Shown here: piece after piece, positions 38,981-52,108 of the stretch
How positions within the stretch are numbered: the first letter of the stretch is position 1
Layout of the letters: every line of letters starts with the position of its first letter
Assembly: GCF_964194155.1 (NCBI RefSeq)
Contig: NC_135888.1
Location: 99,820,001 to 99,884,000, forward strand
Source: Cetorhinus maximus
Taxonomy: Eukaryota
Direction: 5' to 3'
DNA: 64,000 bases
Position numbers and translations under genes: made by a program
Notes under the pieces: generated by a model
Told to the model about the DNA's origin: nothing
The model's database searches: none
Seen by the model: the letters and a program-made list of their open reading frames with translations, nothing else

Positions 38981-39287
38981 CAGTCTTACAAGTTCACTCT
39001 GCCAGTGGGTAACCTCACCCACCAACAGCACACGCTAAAAATTAATATGCCTGGTGCTCACAAAAGAAAATCATAGTTAACTGTTCCTGAATTTGTGAAA
39101 TGCACTGTTGATGGGTAAGGTTCCCTACTGATTCACAAATTCATGAAATGATCCCCACAATGCAGATTACAACATGTTATAAAATTCACAAATTTTATTT
39201 TTTGGTTTTTAATTTCACAAGTAATATTTTTGCAGGAAACTTATACAACGCATTTGACATAGGATAAAAAAATAGGGCAAAAAAATT

Positions 39288-39592
39288 GTTTTTTTATTCT
39301 TTCACGGGATGTGGGCATCGCTGGCTCGGTCAGCATTTATTGTCCATCCTGAACTGCCCTTGAGAAGGAGGTGGTGATCTGCCTTCTTGAACCGCTGCGG
39401 TCCATGTGGTGTAGGTACTTCCACAGTGGCGTTAGGGAGGGACTTCCAGGATTTTGACCCAGCGACAGTGAAGGAACGGTAATATAGTTCCAAGTCAGGA
39501 TGATGTGTGGATTTGGGAGGAACTTACGGGCGAGTGTTCCCATGCATCTGCTGCCCTTGTCCTTCTAGGTGGTAGAAGTGGCAGGTTTGGAT
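39288..39592 (-). mobile_element. CR1/L2-group LINE (family 2) 3' end
   Basis: GSKSWKSLPN..QRFKKADHHLLLKG; same tail as 34652. Confidence 0.85.
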
Positions 39593-39706
39593 AATAATAT
39601 TATTTGAATATAAACTAACAGTAAACTTACAGTATAAGATTATAAAAATATGGAATAGATTATAACTTATAGATTCTGAATTTGACAAAATTAAAAAAAA
39701 GACACG

Positions 39707-39834
39707 GGCCAGGATTTTATGGCCCCTCCTGCCAGGTGGAATATTACGGTCCTGCCGAACTGAATGGAGGTTTAAATGGCTCACCCCATCCGCAGGGGCA
39801 AGACATATCGCAGCAGGGCTGTAAAATCCTGGCC
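39707..39834. mobile_element. 128-bp Harbinger mini-MITE
   Basis: GGCCAGGATTTTA / TAAAATCCTGGCC perfect 13-bp TIR; flanks ACG/ATG. Confidence 0.85.
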
Positions 39835-40562
39835 ATGGGTTTGATTCAAAAATTTGATTAAAAAAGACTTGAATTTTGTATAATACTTCACCGTGTCTTA
39901 CAGAAACCTCTCAAAGATCAAGTACAATGACAGTTATAATGCATCCGTTTTGAGCTCAGCAAGAAATAACATTAGCAATATATTTGGTGATGCTGGCTGA
40001 GGAAGGAGTTTTGACTTGCAGGTTAAGGAAGCACCCTACCCTTTTTCAAACAATGTCCTGAGGCATTCTATTATCCATTATAATCTATTAGAGCAAGAAA
40101 AGAAAACTGTTGGTTAAACATATGATTCAACGGACAAAATTCACAACAGTGAATTTTCCTGAGTCCTACACTTAAGTGTCAGTTTGGATTATTTGCTTCA
40201 GTTGTGGAATGGAGCTTAAAACAACATCCTTGACATAAAGGGCCATCAAGTAAGTCAAGCTGACATAGTATAGTTGTAAATTAATTAAATCAAGTGTTAA
40301 ATTGCTACCAAATTAATGCCAAAACAGCCACTCAAGCAACTTGAAATGGTTCAACAGTCATCACATACAAGACAAATGGCTACAATGCAGCACCAATAAG
40401 CACACTGCAGAATGTAATTTGGTTTACTTTCAGCACACAATATGCTCAAATATATTACTGAATAAAATTATCTCGATGCATCTCTATCACAGTTTAACCA
40501 ATGCATTTTGACATAAAATTTACATTTTTCAACATAGCTATTTTTAAAATAAAAATGATTAC

Positions 40563-41040
40563 CTGATGAGGTTAGATTTTTCCGGCTTCATGGTTTTTCC
40601 TGTCTTTAGTAGGATTCAGTAGGAACATTGCCTTTCAGGACATCCACTTTCACAGAATATTTCTTTCATTTATCGATTAGATCACTGTTAGTATTGTATT
40701 ATAGAAACATAAGATGTTACTGATGATATTCTTGAAGGTACGATTTTCTTTGTGTGCAATGCACTTTGTCCAAATCTAGTCAGAGTGCACTAACGTTTTA
40801 TAATTGACACCAAAACAACCTCAGAGACAACTTGAAGAGTCTCAAGAATAATCAAAAACAGGACAAATGGATAAAGCAGCATCAATCAGCTCTGCACAGG
40901 ATGGGATGCGGTTTACTTTCACAATATGATTTGTCGATCCTTATCAGGTCCTCACCGTGAGGACTGAGGAAAGGTATTGCTGTACTGTATATTGTTATCA
41001 ACAAGCCTTTAGCATAGCAGTAGCAGGCTGATTGGTGTGA
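40563..41040 (-). promoter_or_regulatory. Candidate promoter and non-coding first exon of the NPY receptor
   Basis: TE-poor island; minus-strand CCAAT (~41035), TATAAAA (40803-40797) and donor CAG|GTAATC at 40562; the link to the receptor is inferred. Confidence 0.4.
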
Positions 41041-41979
41041 TTCTCTAGCACCATCTTGCAGCTGAATTTAGGATTTTGCAGAACTCCAAATATTTAGAAT
41101 TCAAAAAAGCTAAGATCTATCTGTTGGTAACATAGATTTTTGTTATCATTTTAAGATATAGTTGTATAAACACATATGAGAAAAACTTGAAGACCAAACT
41201 CCATTAAAACATTTCAAATAATTTGTCTAATAATTGTATTATCAAAACAGTGTGCTCAGTTTCATATTGAAGAGCTTCTAGATTAAACAGAACAATTGAT
41301 ATTTTCCATGGTATTAATGTAAATTTTTCAGAAAAAAATCTGGAACTATAACCCCCTTTTCCAGTAAATTTACAAACATAGAAAGTTGAAGATTCTATTA
41401 CCAATTTGCTCTTTAATCTGGCTCTTAAATTAATAAAATACTAAAAATCCCATTGTAGCTCCACACTTAAAATTGTAGAAAATTATTTATAATATTACTG
41501 CATAGCAATCACCCTGTAATTCACTTGGTGATATGAAAAGTGTAGCTGCATCCCTCTTAAACCTAAAGCATTTTGCAGTTTTGTCAACATTCTTTGAAGT
41601 TGCAGTTCCAATTTATTCCAGAGACAACGCAATACGCATTCTCGCCTTTAAGCTTGTATGTGTATTTCTGGTGGAGTAATTTACAAAAGATCAAGTTTTG
41701 GCCTTACCAAAGACTACTGCTCTTTTCAAAATGGCACTTCGGGTGAGGTGTTGATGCTGTTTTTGGTTTTGGTAACTTGATGTTAATGAAGGAAAACATC
41801 AGGCAGCTTTCCTGCTTGTGCTCATTATTCAGTAACCACTGCTAGAACAGTGTGCATGTCCGGACACAAGGAGGTCTTTTTTGCCTCAATTGCACCTAAA
41901 AATTAGGCGCAGATAAAGAATAACGTAACACCAAATTAGATGTAAGTCAGTTCCGTCTGATGTCTATCCATTTTTGGCC

Positions 41980-44900
41980 CCATTCAAATTGTTGGGCAGT
42001 CTGGGGGAGTGGGCGGGCATGGTGGGGGAGGGGAGGAGTGAAACTTTGACAGTGAACGTAATAGAAGGTGTGAAATTCCTTCATGTGATTTCCTAGCATG
42101 AGGTCCAACAGAAATCCAGGAGTCAAGGGTAAGTAATGATAGGTCTTTCAGGTAGGAGGCTATTTAAAAGGCCCAACATGTTAAAGTATAATTATGCCAG
42201 CTGGGGGCTGGTTTTCCTAATTTTGCTATTTTCCTGTTAACAGCTTAATGGGCTTTTGTGCCTATTGTCCATAATTCTTATTCTCCAGCATCTCTCCCTT
42301 ACATAGGTAGCATTCCTGGCACAATAGGTTTCCAAATGGGATGTCTCTAAACTGTAATATTCAGAAGAAAAGGACTTATGAAGGGATGCCTGATATTGAG
42401 GTGACCGAGCGGTGCTTTCTTGCCTCCAGCTGGCATTTGCATGCCCCACACCTGCAGAGAGAAGTGAAATTGCCTTACCTTGGCAGGCATATGGTTGGTA
42501 GAGCCTTTTCTTCCCAAATAAAGCTGTAGCAACAAAGTTCTGACCACTGCAAAGTCTTAACCTTTGGACCTGCTCGCAGTGGAGAAGGCCAGCAATGGGT
42601 CAAGAACACAAAAGATAGTGCATTGGGCTTTGCCATGGCTTTTTTAACTCAGCCAAAGCATTAGTATCTCACTTCTGAGCTTCCCAACCGACTGAATCAT
42701 GATCATGACCGGCATCTGGCTGCTAAAACCTCAATATTTAAAGGGAGAGGCGATAGCAGCTCTAACGAGGGTGTCTCAACATGGGAAGAACGCCCTAGTT
42801 CTTGGTGGGCATCCCTAGAGTCAATGCTGCAGGGTGTAAGGGCTGAAAGAGAAATATTCTTCATAGCAGATGGGAGGAAGAGACCAACCTCTGAGACTAG
42901 GGGTGGCTGAAAGTGTTGGAGGAGATGAGCAACAGGGATTCTGTGCTCATGGATACAGTGCCTTAAGAGGCTCAATGACCACATAAGGGCGGGAAAAGTG
43001 AGTGGCTTTCCACATTGAAATGCCAAACCCCTCAATCTGTCTTCCCCAGCCTTCTCCTGCACAGCTAAAATCAACACACTTTGCAGCTCTACACATGCAT
43101 CTCTCTCAAGCCTCTTCTTACATTCCCATCTGAACAGCCAACAGTGGCACTCACCCTCATCTTATTGTTATCTCATATCCAACCCTCACAATCACCCTCC
43201 ACAAATGTCAGTTCATTCTTGTAAAACATTCCATTTCATTACAGTCGTCACTCTCTTCTTTCGCTACAGGAGGAAACTAGGGAGAGGCAGAGAACCAGGG
43301 GTGGCCCTCCAATCATTGCGGCCCTGACCCCTGTAAAGGAGAAGGTGATGGAGATCCGCAAAGTGGCAGAGTGCATAGCCATTGAAGATGGAAAAATGGG
43401 GGTCTTCCAGGGACCTGGTGACAGTATAAGATATCACAAGGTCACATGGCACACAACAATCTCTCATGTTGACCTGATGTCACCAGTACTGAAAAATGAT
43501 CATTTGTGCAATGATGACTTTGAACCCTTTCCCCTTGTCAATTCTAATTTATGTATTTTATCTCCACAGGTCCTTCAAGCATCATGCAGGAGGTGGTGCA
43601 GGAGAAGGTCAAGGAGCTCTCAGAGAAGGTATCTCACTCTAAGGAAGGACTATTATATGACTCATGCACAACGTTCACCAGCATAAATACACACATCTTG
43701 GCGTATGCAGTTGGGTTGTCACACAGTGAGCCACGAATCACAGTGAGCAGAAACAGGTGTTGGAGAGAGGGACAGGAGTGGAGAGTTCCCTTTGCAGTGC
43801 AGGTACTCCATGCAGATGCTGAGCCTCCTGGGTCATCAATGTGGAAGATTATTCTGGATCAGCAACAAAAAATATGTACAGTTTTGTCAGCATTTTCAGA
43901 GGCAGTGGGTGCCACTGGAGGGATCCATCCCCACCATGAGTGATCTAATGTCTTAGGCCTTTGTATTGACGTCCACCTCCATGGAAAGAGTGGCATGGAG
44001 CATTGGTCATGGCAGGCAACTGAGTGCATGCCGGCCCTCACCAATGGCCTGCACGCTCAGTCTGCCAGTTTAAGTAGGGTGGAGGAAAACCTCACTTTGG
44101 TCATTCATAATTTCACTGAAGTGCAGGAAAGTGTGCTTCAGCTCTTGGCTAGCAGGGAGGTGCAGGTGGGCCGTGAGATGGAAGATGGAGTCAGGGCACA
44201 GGAACTTGGTCTTTGTTTAAGGTGCTCCCACTCCTCCCCACTTGCCCCCACTGCCCCCCCACAGCAGCCACCACCCCCACCCCTCACCGCCACCCCCCAC
44301 CCCCCCCCCCCCCCACTCGCCTAATCAGAGCTCCATATATTTCCTCCTGTCCCAATGGCCAAGTCTGCCCCAGCTCAGGTGTTAGTGGGTCAGTCTTTGG
44401 CAGAGCCAAAACCAAGAGGATGTTGGCCACAAGCACCTCAGCAGTCGGAGCAGGGGAACAGTCGGCCTGCCTCTAGCCTTGCTGCAGCCACAGGAGTAGC
44501 TCTATAAAAAAGTAATAGGGAAAGGAAGAGACAGAATTTGTCGTTTTACAAGAGAAATCACTTGGATGTCCACGTCTGTTAATGTGTCAATTCTATTGTC
44601 AATGTTTAGGCACCATAAACTTTATTTCAAGTTTCCATTGTCAGTTAATTCCTTTACTGGCTGTCACCTGCCCATTGGCCATCAGCCTTGAGGAAAATGG
44701 TGTAACAAGAGTAGAAGATGAGCAGTTGGTGTCAGTGAATAAAAGGATGACTATGGGAACACTTTGTATTGGGAGTGGTGGGGCAGGAGGGGCTGCGGAT
44801 CCAGCATTGCTGTGGCATCTGGTTGCACATCCTCAGATTAGTTGAATAGTGTCTGAATTAGACACAGACCAGCTGAACTTTGATGGAGTGGGATCCCTTT

Positions 44901-45236
44901 CAATTGATGGATATTCCAGCTTGAGCTGAGGGCACCTATATGGCAATATTCCAGTGGGAATCCAGCCATTGCAATAAATCTGAGGGCCCTCTCATTCTGA
45001 CTGGCCCAGTCAGTTGCAAAGTGGACATAATCGATGGCCCTGGCAAACATGGCATTGGCCATCTGGGAGATGCACTTGTGGGCAGCAGATTGTAAAATCA
45101 GCATATCATCAGCAGATCTCTGGAAGGAGCCAGAGGCAAAGAAATTCAGGGCTATGGTGACCTTGAAGGCCAATGGCAATTCATGCCCATCTGGTCTATT
45201 TGAAAGGATGGCTTTTTCCAGGAGGCTGCAGATGTC
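41980..45236 (+). mobile_element. Divergent Harbinger element D (Myb gene +, transposase remnant -)
   Basis: SLESMLQGVRAEREIFF..WIQCLKRLNDHIRAGK|gtgagt (donor 42998), acceptors at 43269 and 43569, RERQRTRGGP; minus strand MPLAFKVTIALNFFASGSFQ..AGFP; left boundary approximate. Confidence 0.8.
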
Positions 45237-46088
45237 ATGATGAATAATACGGGGGTGGGGTGGTGATGGGGGGTGGACGGCTTCCCACCAACCCCGGAGG
45301 TAAAGTCAGCGTGGAGCCAAACTGCCTCACACCCCCCACTCTGCAGCCATAATGCACTGCAGGCGGGCTTAACAAGAGCCAAGTGGGACTTCTGCCCCTC
45401 ACTGGGGAGGAAGTCCCACCCTCTGGGGCTGCCAGCCAATCCAATTGGCTGACAGCTCGAACAGTCCCGGCAGTGCCAGGAGTGCATTAGTGGCTGCTAG
45501 CGGAACTGCATGAAGAAGACGGAGAAGGCCCAGGGCTCCCTGAAGCTGGTAGGTCCAAGGTCTTTGCCAGGATTTGGTTGGTCAGGGACAGGGCACGGGG
45601 GGTGGAGGGGATTGGGTTTAAGGCTGGGAGGAGTAATTTGGGAAGAATGGGGGGTTTCAATCTTAGATGGGGCTGTCCCCTGATCCGCAAAGGGCAGCCC
45701 CCAAAGATTGAAGCCCCCACTTCCTTCCCACACTTTGAAGGTTCTATTTAAAAAATTTGGCTGCCCACTCATTTCCGGCTGCCCATGACAAATGTTTTCT
45801 GGCGTGGACAGTGTATTACCAGGGTCAATTGGCTTAATAACAAGCCTAATTGACCCTTGATTACCTATTTGAATATGGCAGGCAGGCTGCAGAGTTCAGC
45901 ACCCACCCACCACCACCCCACCCCACCAACCCCCCCCCCCCCACCCCCAAACCTGTATTATGGGGTGAGCTTGGCGAGGATGTGGGCACCCACCCTATTT
46001 TATGTGTCGCCCCCCCCCCACTGGAAACACATCTAGTATTTATGTGCCCCTCCCCCACCACACTGGAAACAAACGTAAAATGCAACCC
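45237..46088. mobile_element. Harbinger MITE (family 2) abutting the transposase remnant of D
   Basis: Ends gtaaaatgcaaccc; interior like the reverse of 11498-12229. Confidence 0.6.
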
Positions 46089-46189
46089 AAGCTGTCTACA
46101 TTACTTGCAAAATAATGCAGCCCAGAGAATTGTTTTGTTTTGGGAGTTAAAGCTACAATTAATTTAGAAGCATTCAGTGATGGCTACAT

Positions 46190-47133
46190 TGTCAAGAAGA
46201 TGGGTGGAGCTTAAGAAAGTTCTAGGATATCAATTGACCCGTGTGTTTGCTGGGGGAGTGAGTGTTCTGCACCAGGGGGAACATGTGCTGCTGTGAGCAA
46301 GCCCAAGACAGTAAAAGTATTGCTGTTAACTGGCTTGGTGTAGTGGGGGCTCAGGAGTAGTCCCAGGAGCCATTTGATAGCTCTGTGCAGTTAGGGCTCA
46401 GGAGGAGTCCTGGGGATCTGAGGAGGTGGCAGTAGGTTACTGGCTTCATGCTGGAAAGGGTTAGGGCTCAGAAGAAGCCCTGGGAGCTAATACAGCTTGG
46501 TATAGCTGAGGAGATTGGAGCTGGGTGAAATCCAGGAGCTGTGCTAGCCCAGTGAAGCTAGCCAGCTATTTCCGAGCTGAAATTGTTGTCAGTCAGTAGA
46601 GGCTGGAGCGCAGACACAGAAATCCAAGGGAATGGGGTCTCAGGAGATGAGTTGAAACTTTGGTGGTATGCAGTCGTTGAGGCATTCTGGGTTGGAGTAG
46701 CTTTGAGGGAATTCAGAGGCTTGATCTTCGAAAGTGAAAAGTTTGGAGTCCCTCGTGAGGATGACAGAGATTGGTTGTCTCAGTGTTTACTGATGTCTGG
46801 GTGAGTTGCTGAGAAATCCAGGACATCTGTCTTGGTCTCGTTTGCTGTTTATTGTGCAGTGCGGGGTGTCCGACCACAGTTTGTCTGTTAATTTACCTGT
46901 ACCTCATATTAACCCTGAATGTTAGAGTATAAGGTAGATAGTATAGATTGTTTTATCTTTTTGACCTTGCATAGTAAAGTTTATTTTTGTTTGTTCAAAA
47001 CCCGTGGAATTTTGGGGCTTCATTCTCTTAGCAGCTGACTTGAATCTTAAACTTTGTCTACTTTAAACAAAATGTAATTGATCCCTAACTGGATCTTAAC
47101 AAAAACTTGGGGGTCTGGTCAAGGATCATGACA
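46190..47133 (+). mobile_element. LTR with adjacent PBS-like remnant
   Basis: TGTCAAGA start; ends GGATCTTAACA (47101), then tgggggtctggtcaaggat and a second end TCATGACA (47133). Confidence 0.6.
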
Positions 47134-48128
47134 CTTCGAAATCACCTCTAAAGTAGCACACCCGTAGAAAAATCCTGTCAGCAAAGCCTTTCATTTAGGC
47201 AAAGAAGCAGCTGTCATATAGTTCAGAATTTGAAGGCTTTCCAGCTGGTCAATTTTATAGCCCTGTCAATGCCCAATGTGCTTTCACCTTGTTGTCCTTA
47301 GCGAGTTTCAGATAGCCCAGGAAACCTGCGCACCATAGTTAAAGACAGAGTTCAGGGTTAAATCCTCAGTCATTTGGCTTTTTGCATGTTTAAATCACAG
47401 ACATGCCAGCCTCAGATAAATGCAGAAGTTGTTTGACTCCTGCCTGGTTCCCGTCATACCAGCATTTGTGATGCTTTAACTCCCCCATAGGCACCAACAC
47501 CTGCCCCACTTATTGCAGGTTAAAATTCCACCGCCTCCCACCCATCATGTGAATAATTTACTAATTAGCAAGCTGGTTGGTTCTTCAGAAGCGCTTTAAT
47601 CACAGCATGTCATTCTGTCCATGATACTCTATGGAAAGAGGAATGCTAGAATGATCAAGAGGCAGCTTTGCCTGATTGGCTGCATGCACCAAGATGCTAT
47701 CAACTATTTATGGAGCCATTACACAGCTATCTGGTCATGATCATGGGACACGGTTTTCTCAGCCCTGGGTCAGCAGAGAAGCAAATGCCAAGCTGTGCCA
47801 TCTGTTGCAAGGGCATCTGCAGCTACCACGCAGTATAAGGCTTACACATGTAGGAATAGTAATGATCAGCTGTGGTCTGGAAAACTAGCCTTACACCTCC
47901 TTGCAGTGTTGATCTACAGGATAGGACCACGGGGTATCACAGAGGGCAATCTGCACAAAAGTATCTCATGCAGCAATGCCATGCACTGACCATCAAATTG
48001 TGGGTAGAGTATTATGCTGCTCTGTCATTGTTCTGTTTGCATCTAGTGTCCCTTTTTCCTCATTGCAGTATAATCCCTTGTTCTTGCATTTAATAAATTC
48101 AGCATTCGGAATGCTTGTCCAATGCTGT

Positions 48129-48834
48129 GGATGGAATCTTCTGCCTCAACAGGGGGTTAGGAAGAAGACGGGAGGGCCTGAAAATTTGGGAGTTGGCATC
48201 GGGATCAATACCTGACGTCTTCCTGCCTCCACCAGACATAAGTTCTGATGGAAAGACCCATGGTCAACCTTCCTGCCCTGCCTCCATTTGCGTCCTTTAA
48301 GTGGCCAATTTACGACCATTTAAGGGCCTCTATGCCTCCATTGCAATCTTCCCAGCTCCAGACAGACCTGCTGACATATGGTCTGCACGACTGATGTGCG
48401 GCTGCGTGTCAGCTGGAGGTGACCTGTGCAGGATCAAGGTAATGGACAGGGGGGTGGCCAGTGACAGTCACCCCTTGCCCTTGTTGTCTATCCTCGTGGC
48501 CTCTCTCCCCATGACCCCCACCCCGCGAGACCTCCCCCCACCGAACAGCACTTACATTTATCCTGGATCACTCCACAATCTTGGGACTCTGGGAGGTGTT
48601 CTTCTGGCGACAGCCACAGCCTCCACTGTGGCACTGCCGAGTGCAAGAGCTGCTGGCCACAGCCTAAATGTCATATTTCAGGGTCATCAGTTGGGAGGAA
48701 GGTCCGTCGCTGTCCAATTAACTGCCTGATGGGCAGAAGATACAGCGGGCCTTAACCCTAAGAGTCAGGGCAGGTGCCTTGCCACTTTTTCAGGCAGCGC
48801 GTGAGACACCCAATGAGAATGGAGGATTCCGCTC
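48129..48834. mobile_element. Harbinger MITE (family 2)
   Basis: ggatggaatctt ... aggattccgctc ends; shared ttaagtggccaatt..ttaagggcct motif. Confidence 0.65.
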
Positions 48835-49291
48835 TGTGAATCTCTCTCTTATTTATTCCTACCTCTTAATTGTAATATATGCATAATTTGAATGCTGACA
48901 TAGCTGTAGTTGAAAATCATGCCTCAGGTGACAACAAAAAGAAGCTAAATAACCTGGGACAAATAACTTGTCAGCTCTCATTGTCTAAAATTATAAATGA
49001 AAAATAGCTTTTTATTGGATGCTTATGAATGCTTGTTTGGACCTACCCCATTATAAGTCAGTGCTTTCAGGAGAGGATGGAGAAAATCACAACTTTTTAA
49101 AAATGGCAATATTATCATAAAATATTAGAACATTTTTTCTACATTGTTTCTATGCATCCAAAATATTGTTGCTTTGTATTTAGTTCCTACATTGGTAGCA
49201 CAAATGGAAAAGTACAGAAGCAAAAAAAGTTTTTACTTATTTTCCTTTGTGTTTTTATTCATGTACAGCTACTAACCTAAGGCTGTTTAAA

Positions 49292-49740
49292 GGGGCCGGA
49301 TTTTAAGCTTCCCAACCAGCGGCTTTGAAGGCAGGGTTCACATAAAATCCAGTGGGTGGGTTTCCTAATGTTTACCTGCCCGACCCATGCAAAATTTTAC
49401 CGAGAGCACTGGAGATGTTGGGCAGCCCGTCCACCCTTGAGCCTATTGATGGCCGCTTAAAGGTCTCATCCCGCCACTGCCAGTATGTTACCTGCGGTAA
49501 GGGAGGCCCACACCATGCGGAAGCCAGCTGGTGTCGGGCAAGGGAGAGGGGTAACCTCCTTTGCATGTCCACTGGGCCCATCAGAGGCACCCCTACAAGG
49601 TCATCTCCCCCTTAAGCCTCCTCCTTAGCCTCTTGAACCCAGCTCCCCCTCGCCCACTCACCAATCAAAATACTGGCAGTGGTGGGATGAGGCCCCTATG
49701 TGGCCATTAATTGGCCACTTAAGGGCCTCAATAGGCCGGT
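49292..49740. mobile_element. Truncated Harbinger MITE
   Basis: gggccggatttt left TIR; family-2 internal motifs. Confidence 0.55.
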
Positions 49741-51628
49741 ATGTAATGCTGGACATGAGTGGTTGGATACTTTATTGCACAGGCATTGAGTGGACTTTGG
49801 GTGCAAATGAAAGGGTCATTTCAGACATCCAGGATGGAGGCGGCAGACCTGGCATGAGGTGGAAGCAAATCTTTGGTAGCCTTGTAGAAGGAGCATTGGA
49901 TCAAGGTGTCCTAGTGTCCCTGCCTCCCTGGAGGTTACCGAGGTCTGTCTCCACGCCCTCAGCATTCTCCGCACCATGCTCCTCTTCTGACTCACCATCG
50001 AATTCATCATCTGCGACCTGTGCAGCAACGTCAAGATCCTCTTCCTCCAGTGGGTCCCTCCTTGCCAGTGCGAGATTGTGGAGAGCGCAGCATGCAACCA
50101 CTATAAGTGATACCTGCTCTCAGGGGTATTGTAGTGCACCCCCTGAATGGCCCAGGCATCGGAAGCGCATCTTGAGAAGACCTATGGTCCTCTCTACCAC
50201 AGCCCTTGTGGAGGCATGACTCCTATTGTAACGCTGCTCTGACTCTGTTCTTGGGTGGTGAAGAGGCATCATGAGCCACCTTTTCAATGGATAGCCCTTG
50301 TCACCCAGCAGCCATCCATTCAGTTGGGATTGAGCACTGAAGAGCCTCGGCACCAGGGAGTGTCTCAGATGTACGTGTCATGGGAGCTGCCAGGGTACCT
50401 TGCACAGACTTGCAGAATATGCACCCTGTGGTTACACACTATCTGCACGTTCATGGAGCGAAATCCCTTCCTGTTGATGAAGGCACCTGGCTGACCCGAT
50501 GGCACCTTGATGGCCACATGTGTGAAGTCGATGGCACCCTGGATGTGGGGGAACCCAGCAATCACTGCAAAGCCTCTGGCTCACTCAGCCTGGCTGGCCT
50601 CGTCCGTACGGTAAGGAATAAAGGTCAGTACCTGGCTGAACAGAGCTTCTATCACTAGCTTGATGCAGCTGTGGACAGCTGATTGGGACACTCCACATAG
50701 ATCCCCCACTGAAGCCTGGAAAAAGCAGAGACATAGAGGTTGAGGGCCACTGTGACCTTCAGAGTCACTGGCATGGGGTGTCCACCCATACAGTCGGGGG
50801 TGAACTCAGGCCCAATCATCTGACAGATGGAGTTCACTGTCTCCCTTGAGAGGCAGAGCCTCCTTCGGCATTGCCCCTCAGACATGTTGAGGTAGCTGCA
50901 TCGCTGCCTGTAAACCCTGGCAGCAGGATAATGGCGTCTTCTGTGGCCCCTTCCGCCTTGGACTTCCTACTGGTCCTGCATCCTTTGTGCCTGCGCCTCT
51001 CCTCCCACGGGTCGCTCCACTGGAGGCTGCATTGGGGCACCTGGCCTCCTCTCCCTTCTGCCTCTCTCTTCCTCCTCAGGGGAGGTGCCACCAGCAGAGA
51101 CCACAATCCCCATTACCAGGGTAACGGAAGGCTGTCTAATACCTGTAAGGGTCCACACGGTCTGAATCCTCCAGGAGCCTTACAGACACCAATGAATGCT
51201 GAAATGAAGCCTGGTAATGCTAAGAATGCCCTGAGCAGAGATGAAGCTTCCAAGTACCAATAAGCAACCAGCAGCAAACTATCTCCAAAATTCCTCACAA
51301 CTCACGCTGGCAATGCTGCTGACCCTTTTTAATCCTGCCCTTACATGAGGTTTTTGAAATTGTCGGCTGCTTGCCTGCCCACTTTGCCCATGCATTGAGT
51401 GCGAAATTGCACGGGCAACGTAAAAAACAGCTTAATTGCCTTTTTAATGGCCTTAACTGGCCTTGTAATTGATAGTGGGTGCGGCTCTGACTCCCGCTCG
51501 TGCCCACTGAGCGAAATATCGCGTGAGTGTACAATGACGTTGGGACGCTCGCCCAACATGATTGCGCGCTATTTTATGCTCAAGCGTGTTGAGCCCATGC
51601 CTGCACACTGAGCGAAAAAGTCTGGCCC
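49740..51628 (-). mobile_element. Harbinger element E (transposase half plus one TIR)
   Basis: Terminal aaaaagtctggccc; subterminal ~300 bp homologous to family-1 MITE ends. Confidence 0.85.
49880..51113 (-). pseudogene. Harbinger DDE transposase, full length but frameshifted
   Basis: [99 protein letters not shown], acidic tail. Confidence 0.93.
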
Positions 51629-51631
51629 ATG

Positions 51632-52108
51632 TATATGTTCAGGTGACTGATTCTGATGCGTGGACAGTTTTTTTTCCAGATTTTAAAATCTGTATTGATT
51701 GGTTTTAAATTCTTCAGCTCCCTGAGGCAGCTCTCTGCCTTTAGGGAGCTTTCATTCTGCGCTCCCTAGCGCCCGCGCTTACGTCAGCACCTGCCCTCCT
51801 CCCGCACCCACCCCGGCGGCACTGAGCATTTCAGTGCGCGTTTTAAAATTTTTGAAATAAAAATTTTTGTTTTTAAAGTTTTTTAAAAATAAAAATAAAA
51901 GTTTTGAAATCGCATACAGGGGCCAATCGCAGGTGGCGGTCTGTTCCCTGACCCTCCTGGGCCTGCCAATCGCGCCCACATGTCGAACTAAAAATCCTGC
52001 CCCTGGCTTCAAATCTGCTGTTAACATGTGTTAAATGGCTGCAGGGCTGCCCCCGCCGACGTTTCAGGTGGCCGGGCAGGAAACCCAGCCATCCAAAAAA
52101 TCCTGTCC
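51632..52108. mobile_element. Right halves of two Harbinger MITEs
   Basis: ctccctgaggcagctc motif of family 1; ends aaaaatcctgccc (52002) and aaaaatcctgtcc (~52108). Confidence 0.55.

Noticed and set aside
44255-44315. Poly-C tracts giving proline-rich ORFs or G-quadruplex potential (also 22548, 45900)
   Set aside because: Simple-sequence expansions inside decayed transposons
49880-51113. Domesticated host HARBI1 gene
   Set aside because: Multiple frameshifts and stops, an adjacent TIR, and related copies in the window indicate a dead transposon
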